Assembly: GCA_965215335.1 (NCBI GenBank)
Contig: CBDCDA010000002.1
Location: forward strand, 1,024,001 to 1,088,000
Direction: 5' to 3'
From: an uncultured Candidatus Entotheonella sp.
GTDB lineage: Bacteria; Tectomicrobia; Entotheonellia; Entotheonellales; Entotheonellaceae
DNA length: 64,000 nucleotides
The first letter of the stretch is position 1. The number at the start of each line of letters is the position of its first letter. A program made the position numbers and the translations under genes. The notes beneath the pieces were generated by a model. The model worked only from the letters and a program-made list of their open reading frames with translations, was not told where the DNA came from and did not search any database. This document shows positions 24,282 through 33,349 of the stretch, piece by piece.

Positions 24282-25226
24282 CTAATTGAACAATGAACTC
24301 ACCGAATCGTCCGAATGGATTCGTTTAATGGCTTCGCCCAACAGGGGCGCTACCGACAAGACGTGCACGCGGTCTTCCTTGTCGGCTTTGGCACCGAGCG
24401 GAATCGTGTCCGTCACGGCAAGCTGCTGCAGGCCGGAAGACCCAAGGCGCTGCATGGCCGGGCCGGACAGGACCGCGTGAGCGGCACCGGCGAACACCCG
24501 CCGCGCTCCGGCGCGCGACAGGGCGGCCGTGGCCTCGACCAGCGTTCCCGCCGTGTCCACGATGTCGTCGGCGATCAACACGTCGCGGTCCTTCACTTCG
24601 CCGACGATATGCATCACCTTGGCGATGTTCTTCTTGTCGCGGTCGCGGCGCTTGTCGATGATGGCCAGGGATGCGTCCAGGCGCTTGGCGAATGCCGTGG
24701 CGCGTTCCACGCCGCCGCCGTCCGGCGCAATGATCGTCAAATTCTGGAATTTCTGCTGCTTGAAATGTTCGACGAGGACAGGAGCGGCGAAAAGGTGATC
24801 GACCGGCATGTTGAAGTAGCCCTGGAGTTGGCCGGCATGCAGGTCAAGCGCCAATACCCGGTTTACCCCCGCAGCGGCGATCAGGTCGGCCACCAGCTTG
24901 GCAGTGATGGGCACGCGGGGGCGGTCCTTGCGGTCCTGGCGTCCGTAGCCGAAGTAAGGAATCACGGCCGTGATGCGCGCTGCTGAGGCCCGTCGGCAGG
25001 CGTCGGCCATGATCAGCAACTCCATGAGGTGCTGGTTGGCGGGCTGGCATGTCGACTGCACCAGAAAGACGTCTTGTCCGCGGACGTTCTCCTGGATTTG
25101 CACGAAGACTTCGCCGTCGCTGAAGTCGGATACCTCAATGCGACCCGGCTCGATCTGCAGATAATCGCAAATTCCACCGGCCAACCGCGGATTGGCACGC
25201 CCCGTGAAAAGCCGCAAGTCTTTCAA
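24282..25226 (-). CDS. prs: Ribose-phosphate pyrophosphokinase
   Basis: FSDGE, YGRQDRK, DLHA.Q, DDIVDTAGT. Confidence 0.97.
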   Translation of the reverse strand: MKDLRLFTGRANPRLAGGICDYLQIEPGRIEVSDFSDGEVFVQIQENVRGQDVFLVQSTCQPANQHLMELLIMADACRRASAARITAVIPYFGYGRQDRKDRPRVPITAKLVADLIAAAGVNRVLALDLHAGQLQGYFNMPVDHLFAAPVLVEHFKQQKFQNLTIIAPDGGGVERATAFAKRLDASLAIIDKRRDRDKKNIAKVMHIVGEVKDRDVLIADDIVDTAGTLVEATAALSRAGARRVFAGAAHAVLSGPAMQRLGSSGLQQLAVTDTIPLGAKADKEDRVHVLSVAPLLGEAIKRIHSDDSVSSLFN

Positions 25227-25311
25227 CTCTTTTCACCTTAAAAGATGGCAATAGCGCTGTTACCCTGAAAACATGAATTGTTCAGGAAGCGGGGAAGGCA
25301 GGAAAAACAGA

Positions 25312-25383
25312 CTGGGGCGGGAGGATTCGAACCTCCGAATGCAGGTTCCAAAGACCTGTGTCTTACCGCTTGACGACGCCCCA
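25312..25383 (-). tRNA. tRNA-Gln (TTG)
   Basis: TGGGGCGTCGTCAAGCGGTAAGACACAGGTCTTTGGAACCTGCATTCGGAGGTTCGAATCCTCCCGCCCCAG folds as a cloverleaf; classic ispE-tRNA-Gln-prs context; CCA not encoded. Confidence 0.96.
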
Positions 25384-25435
25384 TTTGACAGGAGACACGC
25401 CGCGAAGCTGAACGCGCCGTCCTTCTCGCCGTACG

Positions 25436-26314
25436 CTAATGCTGCCCAATACCGCCCGCTCTGTCGCTGCGCCATGTCTGGCATGCCCACACCTGGCAGC
25501 CCTGATTCCGTATCGTCCGGGTCACTTCCTGCGCAACGTCATATGAGCGACACAAGGCGTACATTGTCGGGCCGCTTCCCGACATACTTACACCACACAC
25601 GCCTGGTCGGGTCAAGGCTTTTTTAAGGGTACGGAGGACGGGAAAGTGCGCCAGCATAACGGGTTCGAAATCGTTAAAGCATGCCTTTCCCAGACCCTCA
25701 ATGTCACCCGATTCGAGCTGACGAGCGAGAATAGTAGTCGTGTCGGCGTTGTCTGTCAACGTCAGGTCCAGTTGCCGATAGGCCCAGGCAGTGGGCACCG
25801 TCACGGGCGGTTTGACGAGCACGAGAGACAAAGCCGCCGGGCAGGACAGGGGCTCGAGTTCATCGCCCCGTCCACGTCCGAGAGCCGCCACCTCCGGCAG
25901 CAGGAAGAACGGCACGTCGGCGCCGATCGCGGCAGCGTGCCGGGCCAGCTCAGCCGGGCCCAACTGCAGATTCCAGAAGGCATCAAGGCCGCTGAGGGCC
26001 GCTGCCGCGTCGCTGCTGCCGCCCCCGAGACCGGCGGCAACGGGAATGGATTTGCGCAGGCTGAAACGGGCGCCGCACCCCGGTGCTGCCGATTGCAGGG
26101 CCGTGGCCGCCCGGTGCACGAGATTGCGCGAATCGCTCGGCAGGGCGGGGTCGTTGCAGTGGACGGTGATGGCGGGGCCGTCCGTGGCGTCGATGCCGAT
26201 CTCGTCGGCGAGGGATATCTTGAGGAAGATGGTGGAAATGTCGTGGTAGCCATCGGGACGACGTCCACGCACGGCCAAGCCGAGGTTGATTTTAGCCGGC
26301 GCGGAAAGAATCAC
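25436..26314 (-). CDS. ispE: 4-diphosphocytidyl-2-C-methyl-D-erythritol kinase
   Basis: APAKINL, PVAAGLGGGSSDAA, GADVPFF, MSGSG. Confidence 0.96.
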   Translation of the reverse strand: MILSAPAKINLGLAVRGRRPDGYHDISTIFLKISLADEIGIDATDGPAITVHCNDPALPSDSRNLVHRAATALQSAAPGCGARFSLRKSIPVAAGLGGGSSDAAAALSGLDAFWNLQLGPAELARHAAAIGADVPFFLLPEVAALGRGRGDELEPLSCPAALSLVLVKPPVTVPTAWAYRQLDLTLTDNADTTTILARQLESGDIEGLGKACFNDFEPVMLAHFPVLRTLKKALTRPGVCGVSMSGSGPTMYALCRSYDVAQEVTRTIRNQGCQVWACQTWRSDRAGGIGQH

Positions 26315-26354
26315 GATACCTGTATCATCTCTGCAGCAGTGTTGTATCCGGATT

Positions 26355-27182
26355 TCAGGCGGGGTCCTCTTTGAGCACCCGGATTTCGGTTTGTGGCGGC
26401 GGTTGCACGCGAAACAGGTCTGCCGACACCTCGGTGTTCAATTGCACGTCCGTATAGTGCCAGACCGCCTGGCGCTGCGTTTCGGGTTCGACGACATCAA
26501 TGCGAGTCGGAAGCAGGACGTCGCCGTGCCGTTGGAAGTCGCCGTAGTTCACTCGTATAACGACTGTGCCGGCTGCGTCCTCCATCTCAAACCGCACCGC
26601 ATGCAACCCCTGTGGATCGAACCATACGCGATAGTTCGGGTTCGGTCCCGGTTGCGTGCTTTCCCACACATACAGCCGTTCGTCTTCCCGATACGCCAAG
26701 TCTCCATTGGCGGGCAACGGGTTCAGCGGAATGTCACCCAGCAGCAGGCGCAACAAGGACTGGGGCGCCACGGCGAGGCCGAACAGCCGCTCGAGATTCC
26801 GCGCCGATGCGGGCCCGACGACCAGACGGTTGTCCCGGATCATATGCAGCGCCAGCCATTCTCCGTCGGTAACAAACAGGAACAACGGCTGCCCGAACGG
26901 GCCGATGCCTTCGAGCCGCAGAGCCCTGGCATGCCGTACGACCACCACGACATCCTCCAGCGCCACGCTCCGCTTGTCGGTGCGCGCGTGCACCCGCGCC
27001 AGTCCTTTCAAGTTCTCCAGGGCGCTCCGACGTTCCGCCAAATGCTTCCAGAACGGTTCGGCGGGAACGGAGACGGGTAACGGAGGCGGCTCGGGAGGCG
27101 AAAACAGCCGCGGGACGCTACAGCCCCAAAGGAGAAACAGGCACACGGCAAGGCTAATGGCGTTGCGACTCAGGCATCCCAT
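26355..27182 (-). CDS. LolB-like/DUF4292 outer-membrane lipoprotein
   Basis: Lipobox LWGC, GPFGQPL motif; TPR-LolB-ispE synteny. Confidence 0.7.
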   Translation of the reverse strand: MGCLSRNAISLAVCLFLLWGCSVPRLFSPPEPPPLPVSVPAEPFWKHLAERRSALENLKGLARVHARTDKRSVALEDVVVVVRHARALRLEGIGPFGQPLFLFVTDGEWLALHMIRDNRLVVGPASARNLERLFGLAVAPQSLLRLLLGDIPLNPLPANGDLAYREDERLYVWESTQPGPNPNYRVWFDPQGLHAVRFEMEDAAGTVVIRVNYGDFQRHGDVLLPTRIDVVEPETQRQAVWHYTDVQLNTEVSADLFRVQPPPQTEIRVLKEDPA

Positions 27183-28971
27183 GCGCTGCTTCCTCGATCA
27201 TGTATCGAATCTGCTGCAGCTTGTGCTCCACCGCCGGGTCGGCCTGGAGTTCCAGAGATTTTTCCCAGGCTGCCTCGGCCTCATGCATGCGGCTCAGCCG
27301 GAAGTAGATATCCCCGAGGTGTTCCTGAATGACGGGGTCATCCGGTACTTCCTCGATGGCCTTTCTCAGTTCCACCAAGGCTTTCGCGTACAACCCCTTT
27401 TGAAAATAGGCCCAGCCGAGGCTGTCGAGAAAGTAGCCGTTGGTCGGTTCGATTGCCAGGGCGCGCTGAATCACGGCAATTGATTCGTCGAGCTTGATGC
27501 CACGCTCGGCATACATGTAGCCCAGGTAATTCAGGGCGTTTGCGTGCTTGGGGTCGAGCGCGATGGTGTGCTCCATGTGCTGCACGGACGATTCGAAATC
27601 CCCCAGCTTTTCGTACACGGCGCCCAGATTGAAGTGGTAGGTGGCGTTGTCGCCGTCCAGGTCCACGGCCTTTTTCAGACTGGCGACGGCATCGTTGTAT
27701 CCCTCGCTCTTGGCCAGCAAGAGGCCGAGGTAGAAGTGCGACCCGGCCCGCTCCGGCCTCAGGGAGACGGTCTGGGTCAGAGCGTCGATCGCCTGCGGGA
27801 GGTCGTTCAGTTGTTCATAGATATACCCAAGATGCAAATAAACCTCGGGTGACTGCGGGCGCAATTTCACAGCTTCTCGCAACTCCGTCAGGGCTTCCTC
27901 GTAGCGTTCCAGTTCCTTGTAGGTTTGCGCCAGGTAGAAACGCACGTCGACATTGCCCGGTTTCATCCGCACCGCTTCCCGAAAGGCTTCGAGGGCTTCG
28001 AGGTATCGCTTCATTTCCAAACGGAGCATACCGATGCGGCGCAGGTACAGGCTCTGCGGCTCCAGCTCCTGAAGCTCCTCATAAATCCGCAGCGCTTCAT
28101 CGAGTCGTTTCTGCTGTGTATAAAGCTCGGCCAGGCGCTGCCGCAGCTTGAGATTGTAGGGATTGATCTCGGCGGCTTGCTGATACATCTCGGTCGCTTC
28201 GTCGTATCGCTTGTGCATGTCGTAGATGTTGCCGAGAAAACGCAGCGCCGGCTCGAACTGTGGTTGCTCCGCGACGGCGCGTTTCAGATAGCGTTCGGCG
28301 AGGTCGTGGTCGCCCGCCTCGGCGTGGACGCGGGCGAGGGAGTACAAGCCGCGAGTCGAGTTCGGCATCACCTGCAGCAATTCCTCAAAGACGGCGATGG
28401 CCTCATCCCGTTGTCCTGCTTCAACAAAAAGGGAGCCGAGGTGGAGATATGCCGCTTCCTGCCGAGGCTGCAAGGTGATGGACTCGCGGAAAGCGGCTTG
28501 CGCCGCCCGGTTATCGCGTCTGAAGGTATGGATTCTGCCGAGGAGGGAATAGGCCTCGTGGGACTCCGGGGCCAGTTGGATGGCGTGCTTGCAGGCTTGC
28601 AGGGCCGCCTCCAGATTGCCTTGCTTGACGTACAGGCGGGACAGCTCGAGATGCAGGAAGCTGGAATGCGATTGGGTACGCAGGGCCCGGTGCATCTCGT
28701 CAACGGCACGGTTCAGGTAATCGTGCTCCTGGTTGCTGCTGAACTGCAACAGATGACTCAGGAGGTAGTGGAAATCGGACTCGGCGCGCTGCTGCACCGT
28801 GGCGTGACGCTGAGCAGCGCCGCGCGGGCGACTCAGCGGACCGGAGTGAGGCGATTGCGCGAGGGCGCAGCCGCTGAAAAACAGCAGCAAGGCCACAACC
28901 GTGCGGAACAAAGTCCGCTTGCCCCTGCAACCTGTCACGCGCCATGCCGAGCCCGTCGTGTTCTGCATCAT
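27154..28971 (-). CDS. Tetratricopeptide repeat lipoprotein
   Basis: Lipobox FSGC, many TPRs, ALNYLGY and LDSLGWAY motifs. Confidence 0.9.
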   Translation of the reverse strand: MMQNTTGSAWRVTGCRGKRTLFRTVVALLLFFSGCALAQSPHSGPLSRPRGAAQRHATVQQRAESDFHYLLSHLLQFSSNQEHDYLNRAVDEMHRALRTQSHSSFLHLELSRLYVKQGNLEAALQACKHAIQLAPESHEAYSLLGRIHTFRRDNRAAQAAFRESITLQPRQEAAYLHLGSLFVEAGQRDEAIAVFEELLQVMPNSTRGLYSLARVHAEAGDHDLAERYLKRAVAEQPQFEPALRFLGNIYDMHKRYDEATEMYQQAAEINPYNLKLRQRLAELYTQQKRLDEALRIYEELQELEPQSLYLRRIGMLRLEMKRYLEALEAFREAVRMKPGNVDVRFYLAQTYKELERYEEALTELREAVKLRPQSPEVYLHLGYIYEQLNDLPQAIDALTQTVSLRPERAGSHFYLGLLLAKSEGYNDAVASLKKAVDLDGDNATYHFNLGAVYEKLGDFESSVQHMEHTIALDPKHANALNYLGYMYAERGIKLDESIAVIQRALAIEPTNGYFLDSLGWAYFQKGLYAKALVELRKAIEEVPDDPVIQEHLGDIYFRLSRMHEAEAAWEKSLELQADPAVEHKLQQIRYMIEEAAHGMPESQRH

Positions 28972-28973
28972 CC

Positions 28974-29462
28974 CTACCTCTTTGCCAGCAAATTTTGCCG
29001 CCATGCCCGTCTGGCCGCCTCTCGTAATGCCACGTCAGCGATGCAGACCGTGCCTTCCCGCACCCGGCGCTCTTCGTCTGCCGTCAACGGCGCCGATTGT
29101 TGTGGTGGCCCCTCGACCGAGGTTGGCGGCCCTGACGGATGGTCGGAAGCATAGGCCAGAACGAATCGCAGGTTCGAGACCTTCACGTCACCGACTACGC
29201 TGCGGATGTTCCGCCGTAACTGCGCTTGATAGAACATCATCTGTTGAAGCCAGATGGCGTCGCTGACGCTGATGAGCAATTCTCCCCATTTGAACCGCAC
29301 GGGGTGCGACACCGTCGCAAGCTGCGAACCCGCGATGGCGGTCCAGTTGCGTTGCAGCGCCACCAGGATAACGACGTTGTCGAGTCCGGCCTGTTGCAGA
29401 GCGTCCGTCAGCGCGACGTGCAACGGCTGCAACGCCTTCACGTCAGAGGCGCGGCGGTTCAT
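28974..29462 (-). CDS. DUF721/DciA family protein
   Basis: W..IAG..LA..S.P......L.I.V...WLQQM pattern. Alternative GTG start 29441. Confidence 0.8.
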   Translation of the reverse strand: MNRRASDVKALQPLHVALTDALQQAGLDNVVILVALQRNWTAIAGSQLATVSHPVRFKWGELLISVSDAIWLQQMMFYQAQLRRNIRSVVGDVKVSNLRFVLAYASDHPSGPPTSVEGPPQQSAPLTADEERRVREGTVCIADVALREAARRAWRQNLLAKR

Positions 29463-30165
29463 CGTCAGAACCCGCGGACTGAAACCGGACGCCTGGCGCG
29501 GCACGGCTTGTTGTTGCCGGTTTGCCATTATACATCAGGGCTGCAATGGCCCCCATGATTTCTTTAACGATTGCCTCAGCGTTTTCCTTGCTGTCAGGCC
29601 TCTGAAAATACTGCTGCAGGTCCAACGGCTTGCCGTATTGCACCGACACCGGCGCACGCCAGCGCGGCCACCGTCTGGATCCCCAGACGCGGTCGGTACC
29701 GACGACGAGGGTCGGGATGACAACGGGTTGAGCCTGATAAATAATCCTGCCCAGCATGCGATTGCCCTCGTGCAGGCGGCCGTCGCGGCTGCGGGTGCCC
29801 TCGGGGAACAGCATCATTTTGCCGCCGCGCATGTGGGCGAGCATGCGCCGGATGCCGCGCAGGTCGTTCTTGCCGCGACGGATGGGGAAGACGCCCCAGG
29901 AGTGCAGAAAGAAGCTGACGATGGACAGACGGAACAGTTCCTCCTTGGCTGGCGCCCAGACGGTCTGGGGGCCGTGGGCCCTGCTGATGGAGTAGGGGAT
30001 GACCAGGGTGTCAAACATGGAAAGATGGTTGCTGGCGAGCACCACACCGCCCTGGCGGGGCACGTGCTCCAACCCCTGGACGTGCAGCCGGCAAAGGGGG
30101 AACAGGAAAAACCCAATCGCCCGGCAGGAGAACCAAAGCCACAGCGTTAACAGGGTGGATGGCAT
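29443..30165 (-). CDS. plsC: 1-acyl-sn-glycerol-3-phosphate acyltransferase
   Basis: NHLSMFD, AKEELF, FPEGTRS. Confidence 0.9.
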   Translation of the reverse strand: MPSTLLTLWLWFSCRAIGFFLFPLCRLHVQGLEHVPRQGGVVLASNHLSMFDTLVIPYSISRAHGPQTVWAPAKEELFRLSIVSFFLHSWGVFPIRRGKNDLRGIRRMLAHMRGGKMMLFPEGTRSRDGRLHEGNRMLGRIIYQAQPVVIPTLVVGTDRVWGSRRWPRWRAPVSVQYGKPLDLQQYFQRPDSKENAEAIVKEIMGAIAALMYNGKPATTSRAAPGVRFQSAGSDDEPPRL

Positions 30166-30199
30166 GATGGCTCCCTTGGACGCCGTCTGACCGCCGTCG

Positions 30200-30661
30200 T
30201 CAGGCTTGTGGCGTCGGGCTGGTGTTCTGGCTCAGTACCCGGTGTGCGGCCTGCAGCGCCAGCTCATAGCTGTGCGGTCCGAAGCCCGCCACCTGGCCGA
30301 GGGCGATGTCCGCAATGTACGAATGCGCGCGGAACGGCTCTCGCTGGTAGATGTTCGACAGATGGACTTCGATGACCGGAACGCTCACCCCCAGAATCGC
30401 ATCCCGCAGGGCGACGCTGGTGTGGGTGAAGGCCGCGGGGTTGAGGATCAGGATATCCGCTAGCCGGCCGTAGGTCTGAATCCAGTCGATCAACTCCCCT
30501 TCGTGATTTGACTGAAAACATTCTGCCTCATGCCCCAGCCGCGACGCTTCCTGCTGGAGGTTCTGATTGATGTCGGCCAGGGTTGTGGTTCCGTAGAGGT
30601 GTTGTTCGCGGCTGCCCAGGAGATTGAGATTCGGGCCGTGAACGATGAGTATCCGTGCCAT
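30200..30661 (-). CDS. aroQ: Type II 3-dehydroquinate dehydratase
   Basis: HGPNLNLLGSRE, QSNHEG, EVHLSN. Confidence 0.97.
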   Translation of the reverse strand: MARILIVHGPNLNLLGSREQHLYGTTTLADINQNLQQEASRLGHEAECFQSNHEGELIDWIQTYGRLADILILNPAAFTHTSVALRDAILGVSVPVIEVHLSNIYQREPFRAHSYIADIALGQVAGFGPHSYELALQAAHRVLSQNTSPTPQA

Positions 30662-30675
30662 GGTTGTCCCCGGCC

Positions 30676-31791
30676 TCACTGCGCGGTTGCGGGCGCTTCG
30701 GCGTATTCCTCGAGCAGCCCTTGCAGGACGTCGAGGGGCACGGATTGCTGGAAGGCCACCGCGCCGATGTCTTCGAGCATCACGAATCGCACCACGCCGT
30801 TGACCGATTTCTTGTCGTGCGCCATCACGTCCAGCAGGCGCTGGGGCACGATGTCGGCGTACGCGACGGGCAGCCGCAGGGTTGTCAGCAAGTCGCACAG
30901 GCGTTCGCGCACGTCGGCCGAGCAATACTGCAGCCGCTCGGACAGGCGCGCGACCAGGGCCATGCCGATGGCGACGGCCTCCCCGTGCGTGTAGCGCGCG
31001 TAGGCGGTGGCGGCTTCAAGCGCGTGGCCGATGGTGTGGCCGAAATTGAGAATGGCCCGCACGCCCTTCTCGGTGGGGTCCTCCTGCACCACTCGCACCT
31101 TCACCGCAACGGCCCGCTCGATGAGCGTGGTCAGCGTGGCTTCGTCGCGTTCGCGGATGGCCTGCACGCGGCTTTCCATAAAGGCGAACAGTTCGGGGTC
31201 GCCGATGGCGCCGGCTTTGACGATTTCGCTCAGTCCACACAGGTACTCGCGCTCCGGGAGGGAGGCCAGCAGGCTGGTGTCCGTCACCACCATGCGAGGC
31301 GGGTAGAATGCCCCGATCAGGTTCTTGCCGAGCGGGTGGTTGACACCCGTTTTGCCGCCGATGCTGCTGTCGACCATGGCCAGAAGCGATGTGGGCACGT
31401 GCACCAGGGGGATGCCGCGCATGTAACTGGCGGCCACGAAGCCGCTCAGATCACCGATCACGCCGCCTCCCAAGGCGAAAATCACGCTTTGACGGTCGGC
31501 GCCCATCCGCGCCAGCCTGGTAAACAGCCTGGCCGCATGCCGCAACGTTTTGCTGCGTTCCCCCTCCGGCACCAGACACGACTCGACCGCGTAGTCGGCC
31601 TCGCGCAGTGACTCGCTCAGCCGCCCGCCGTACAACTCGTACAGGCTGGGATGCGTCAGCACAAACGCCCTGCGCCCCTTGTTCCGGGCGCGCGCCTGCT
31701 GTCCCAGTTGCGCCAACGCCCCGGCGCCGATATGGATGTCGTATTGTTCAGTAGCCGTCTGCACGGCCATGCAACGTGGCGTGGATGGCAT
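30676..31791 (-). CDS. aroB: 3-dehydroquinate synthase
   Basis: GGGVIGD, DSSIGGKTGVN, LNFGHTIGHA, HGEAV. Confidence 0.97.
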   Translation of the reverse strand: MPSTPRCMAVQTATEQYDIHIGAGALAQLGQQARARNKGRRAFVLTHPSLYELYGGRLSESLREADYAVESCLVPEGERSKTLRHAARLFTRLARMGADRQSVIFALGGGVIGDLSGFVAASYMRGIPLVHVPTSLLAMVDSSIGGKTGVNHPLGKNLIGAFYPPRMVVTDTSLLASLPEREYLCGLSEIVKAGAIGDPELFAFMESRVQAIRERDEATLTTLIERAVAVKVRVVQEDPTEKGVRAILNFGHTIGHALEAATAYARYTHGEAVAIGMALVARLSERLQYCSADVRERLCDLLTTLRLPVAYADIVPQRLLDVMAHDKKSVNGVVRFVMLEDIGAVAFQQSVPLDVLQGLLEEYAEAPATAQ

Positions 31792-31899
31792 GATAGCCTC
31801 CTTGCGAGAACGTGTGGGGGCGAGTCATGAACCTGGCAATGGTATCACAGGTTTCAACGGGTGGCGCCGGGTACACTCTCGCCGCGAGGCACCGATCTT

Positions 31900-32164
31900 T
31901 ATGTTTTCATGATCGTTCTGTTCCGCCTTCCACTGCATCGCTTCGGCCAGTTCCCTGTCGCTCATGCGGGGCAGGCGAATGGTCTTGGTCAGCACCGCCG
32001 GTGCTGACCGCGGCGACGGCCGTGTCCCTGGCGCGGATCAGGTTGCGAATTGCCGTGACCACGCTGCCCTGGTCCACGATGGTATGATCGAATGGCTGCC
32101 GATGTCGAGCCCCGTCGGAAGGGGCTTGAGACTGAAATGCGGGGGGGCGTTGCAGAAGAGTCAT
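31900..32164 (-). pseudogene. pilM: Type IV pilus assembly protein PilM relic
   Basis: Three PilM-like blocks split by frameshifts: GLDIGSHSI (32112-32086), IVDQGSVVTAIRNLI..AAVS, AVLTKTIRLPRMSDRELAEAMQWKAEQ. Confidence 0.8.
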
Positions 32165-33299
32165 GGATAGAAGCCAACTCCCGGCGAAAATGTTCTGGCA
32201 CCTGCGGAAAAAGTGGCACTTGCGGCACCCGCCCGGCGCGCCGGAGGTCTCCCTGGGGACGACGGTCAAAGGCCTGCAGGCGCTGCTGCTTGACGACGCG
32301 GCGGCGGTCCTGTCGGACACGCTGCGTCGGGTGTTTGCACGCTCGGTGGGCATCTCCGAACTCCGCCGCCTCGACATTGCTTTTTTCCAGGAAGGTCGTG
32401 AGCAACGCGTCTGGCGCGCACGAGCCAGCCTGCAAGACGGCACCGCAGGGACGTTCGGCCTCATTATGGCGCGGTCTGCGGGGGTCAGTCATGACGTGAC
32501 GCAACGCGATTTCGGGCATCTGCAGCACCTGTTCGCGATACAGCCGCGCTATTGCGTGCGACCTTACGTGCAGGGGACGGCGCCGGTGGCCGGCGGCCTG
32601 GCGGCGTACACCGTGGAGTGGTGCGAGGCGCACAAGGAACTGGTGTTCGAGGTGAGCCGCGACGGCGGCACCTTCCTGATCAACCATCCCGAGGCGCACC
32701 AGAACTTCAGCCTGCGGGCGTCCCGCGGCGTTTGGCGGCGTTTGGCGGAAGTGTTGTGCTGGTATCCGGACCTGCGGAGCGTCAACGTGCAGGCGGGGGA
32801 TTTCATCGGTCGGGTGGGGCTGGACGGCCGGGTTGATCTGAAGCTGACGACGGGGCGACAGATGGTTTCCGACACGTCCCCGGAAGCGCATATCGAGGCC
32901 ATGCTGAAATGCATGATCACGGCAAGCGGCTATCTGAGCGACGGGCGGCGGCCCTTCGACCGCGGCATGCCTTACGAGTCCTTTGTGCTGCGCATGCGGC
33001 GGGTATTGGCGCGGCGGTTCGGCGACAGGGCTCTGGCGATGGCGCGGCAGCAGTGGGAGTTGTTTCAGGCTGGCGTTTTTGCCCGACAAGAGGATTGGCT
33101 GAAGGAAGATTGCGTGCTGGGAACCTTCGACCGCTGGCGGACCGACTGCCCGGCGGACGCGGCTTGGCGCGAGACGGAACAGCGGTGGCTGGCCTATGCC
33201 GAGGCCGTGCGAACTGGCCACGTGGTGCCGTCGTGGTGGTTCCCGGCGGGAGAAATTCCGGGGCTGCTGGAACGGCTGGGGCAACGGTTCAAAGCGTGA
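32163..33299 (+). CDS. Hypothetical protein
   Basis: 378-aa ORF with host-like codon usage filling the gap; family not recognised; start uncertain. Confidence 0.75.
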   Translation: MDRSQLPAKMFWHLRKKWHLRHPPGAPEVSLGTTVKGLQALLLDDAAAVLSDTLRRVFARSVGISELRRLDIAFFQEGREQRVWRARASLQDGTAGTFGLIMARSAGVSHDVTQRDFGHLQHLFAIQPRYCVRPYVQGTAPVAGGLAAYTVEWCEAHKELVFEVSRDGGTFLINHPEAHQNFSLRASRGVWRRLAEVLCWYPDLRSVNVQAGDFIGRVGLDGRVDLKLTTGRQMVSDTSPEAHIEAMLKCMITASGYLSDGRRPFDRGMPYESFVLRMRRVLARRFGDRALAMARQQWELFQAGVFARQEDWLKEDCVLGTFDRWRTDCPADAAWRETEQRWLAYAEAVRTGHVVPSWWFPAGEIPGLLERLGQRFKA

Positions 33300-33349
33300 C
33301 TTCGAGCCGTCGGACGGTCGGGCCAGGGCGTCCCGGCCCGACCTCGTTT

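Noticed and set aside
25312..25383. tRNA-Gln as an integration site
   Set aside because: Flanked by core genes ispE and prs; no integrase or duplicated 3' end seen.
31907..32464. 185-aa minus-strand ORF as an intact gene
   Set aside because: It is one frame of the pilM relic plus antisense of the 32163 ORF.
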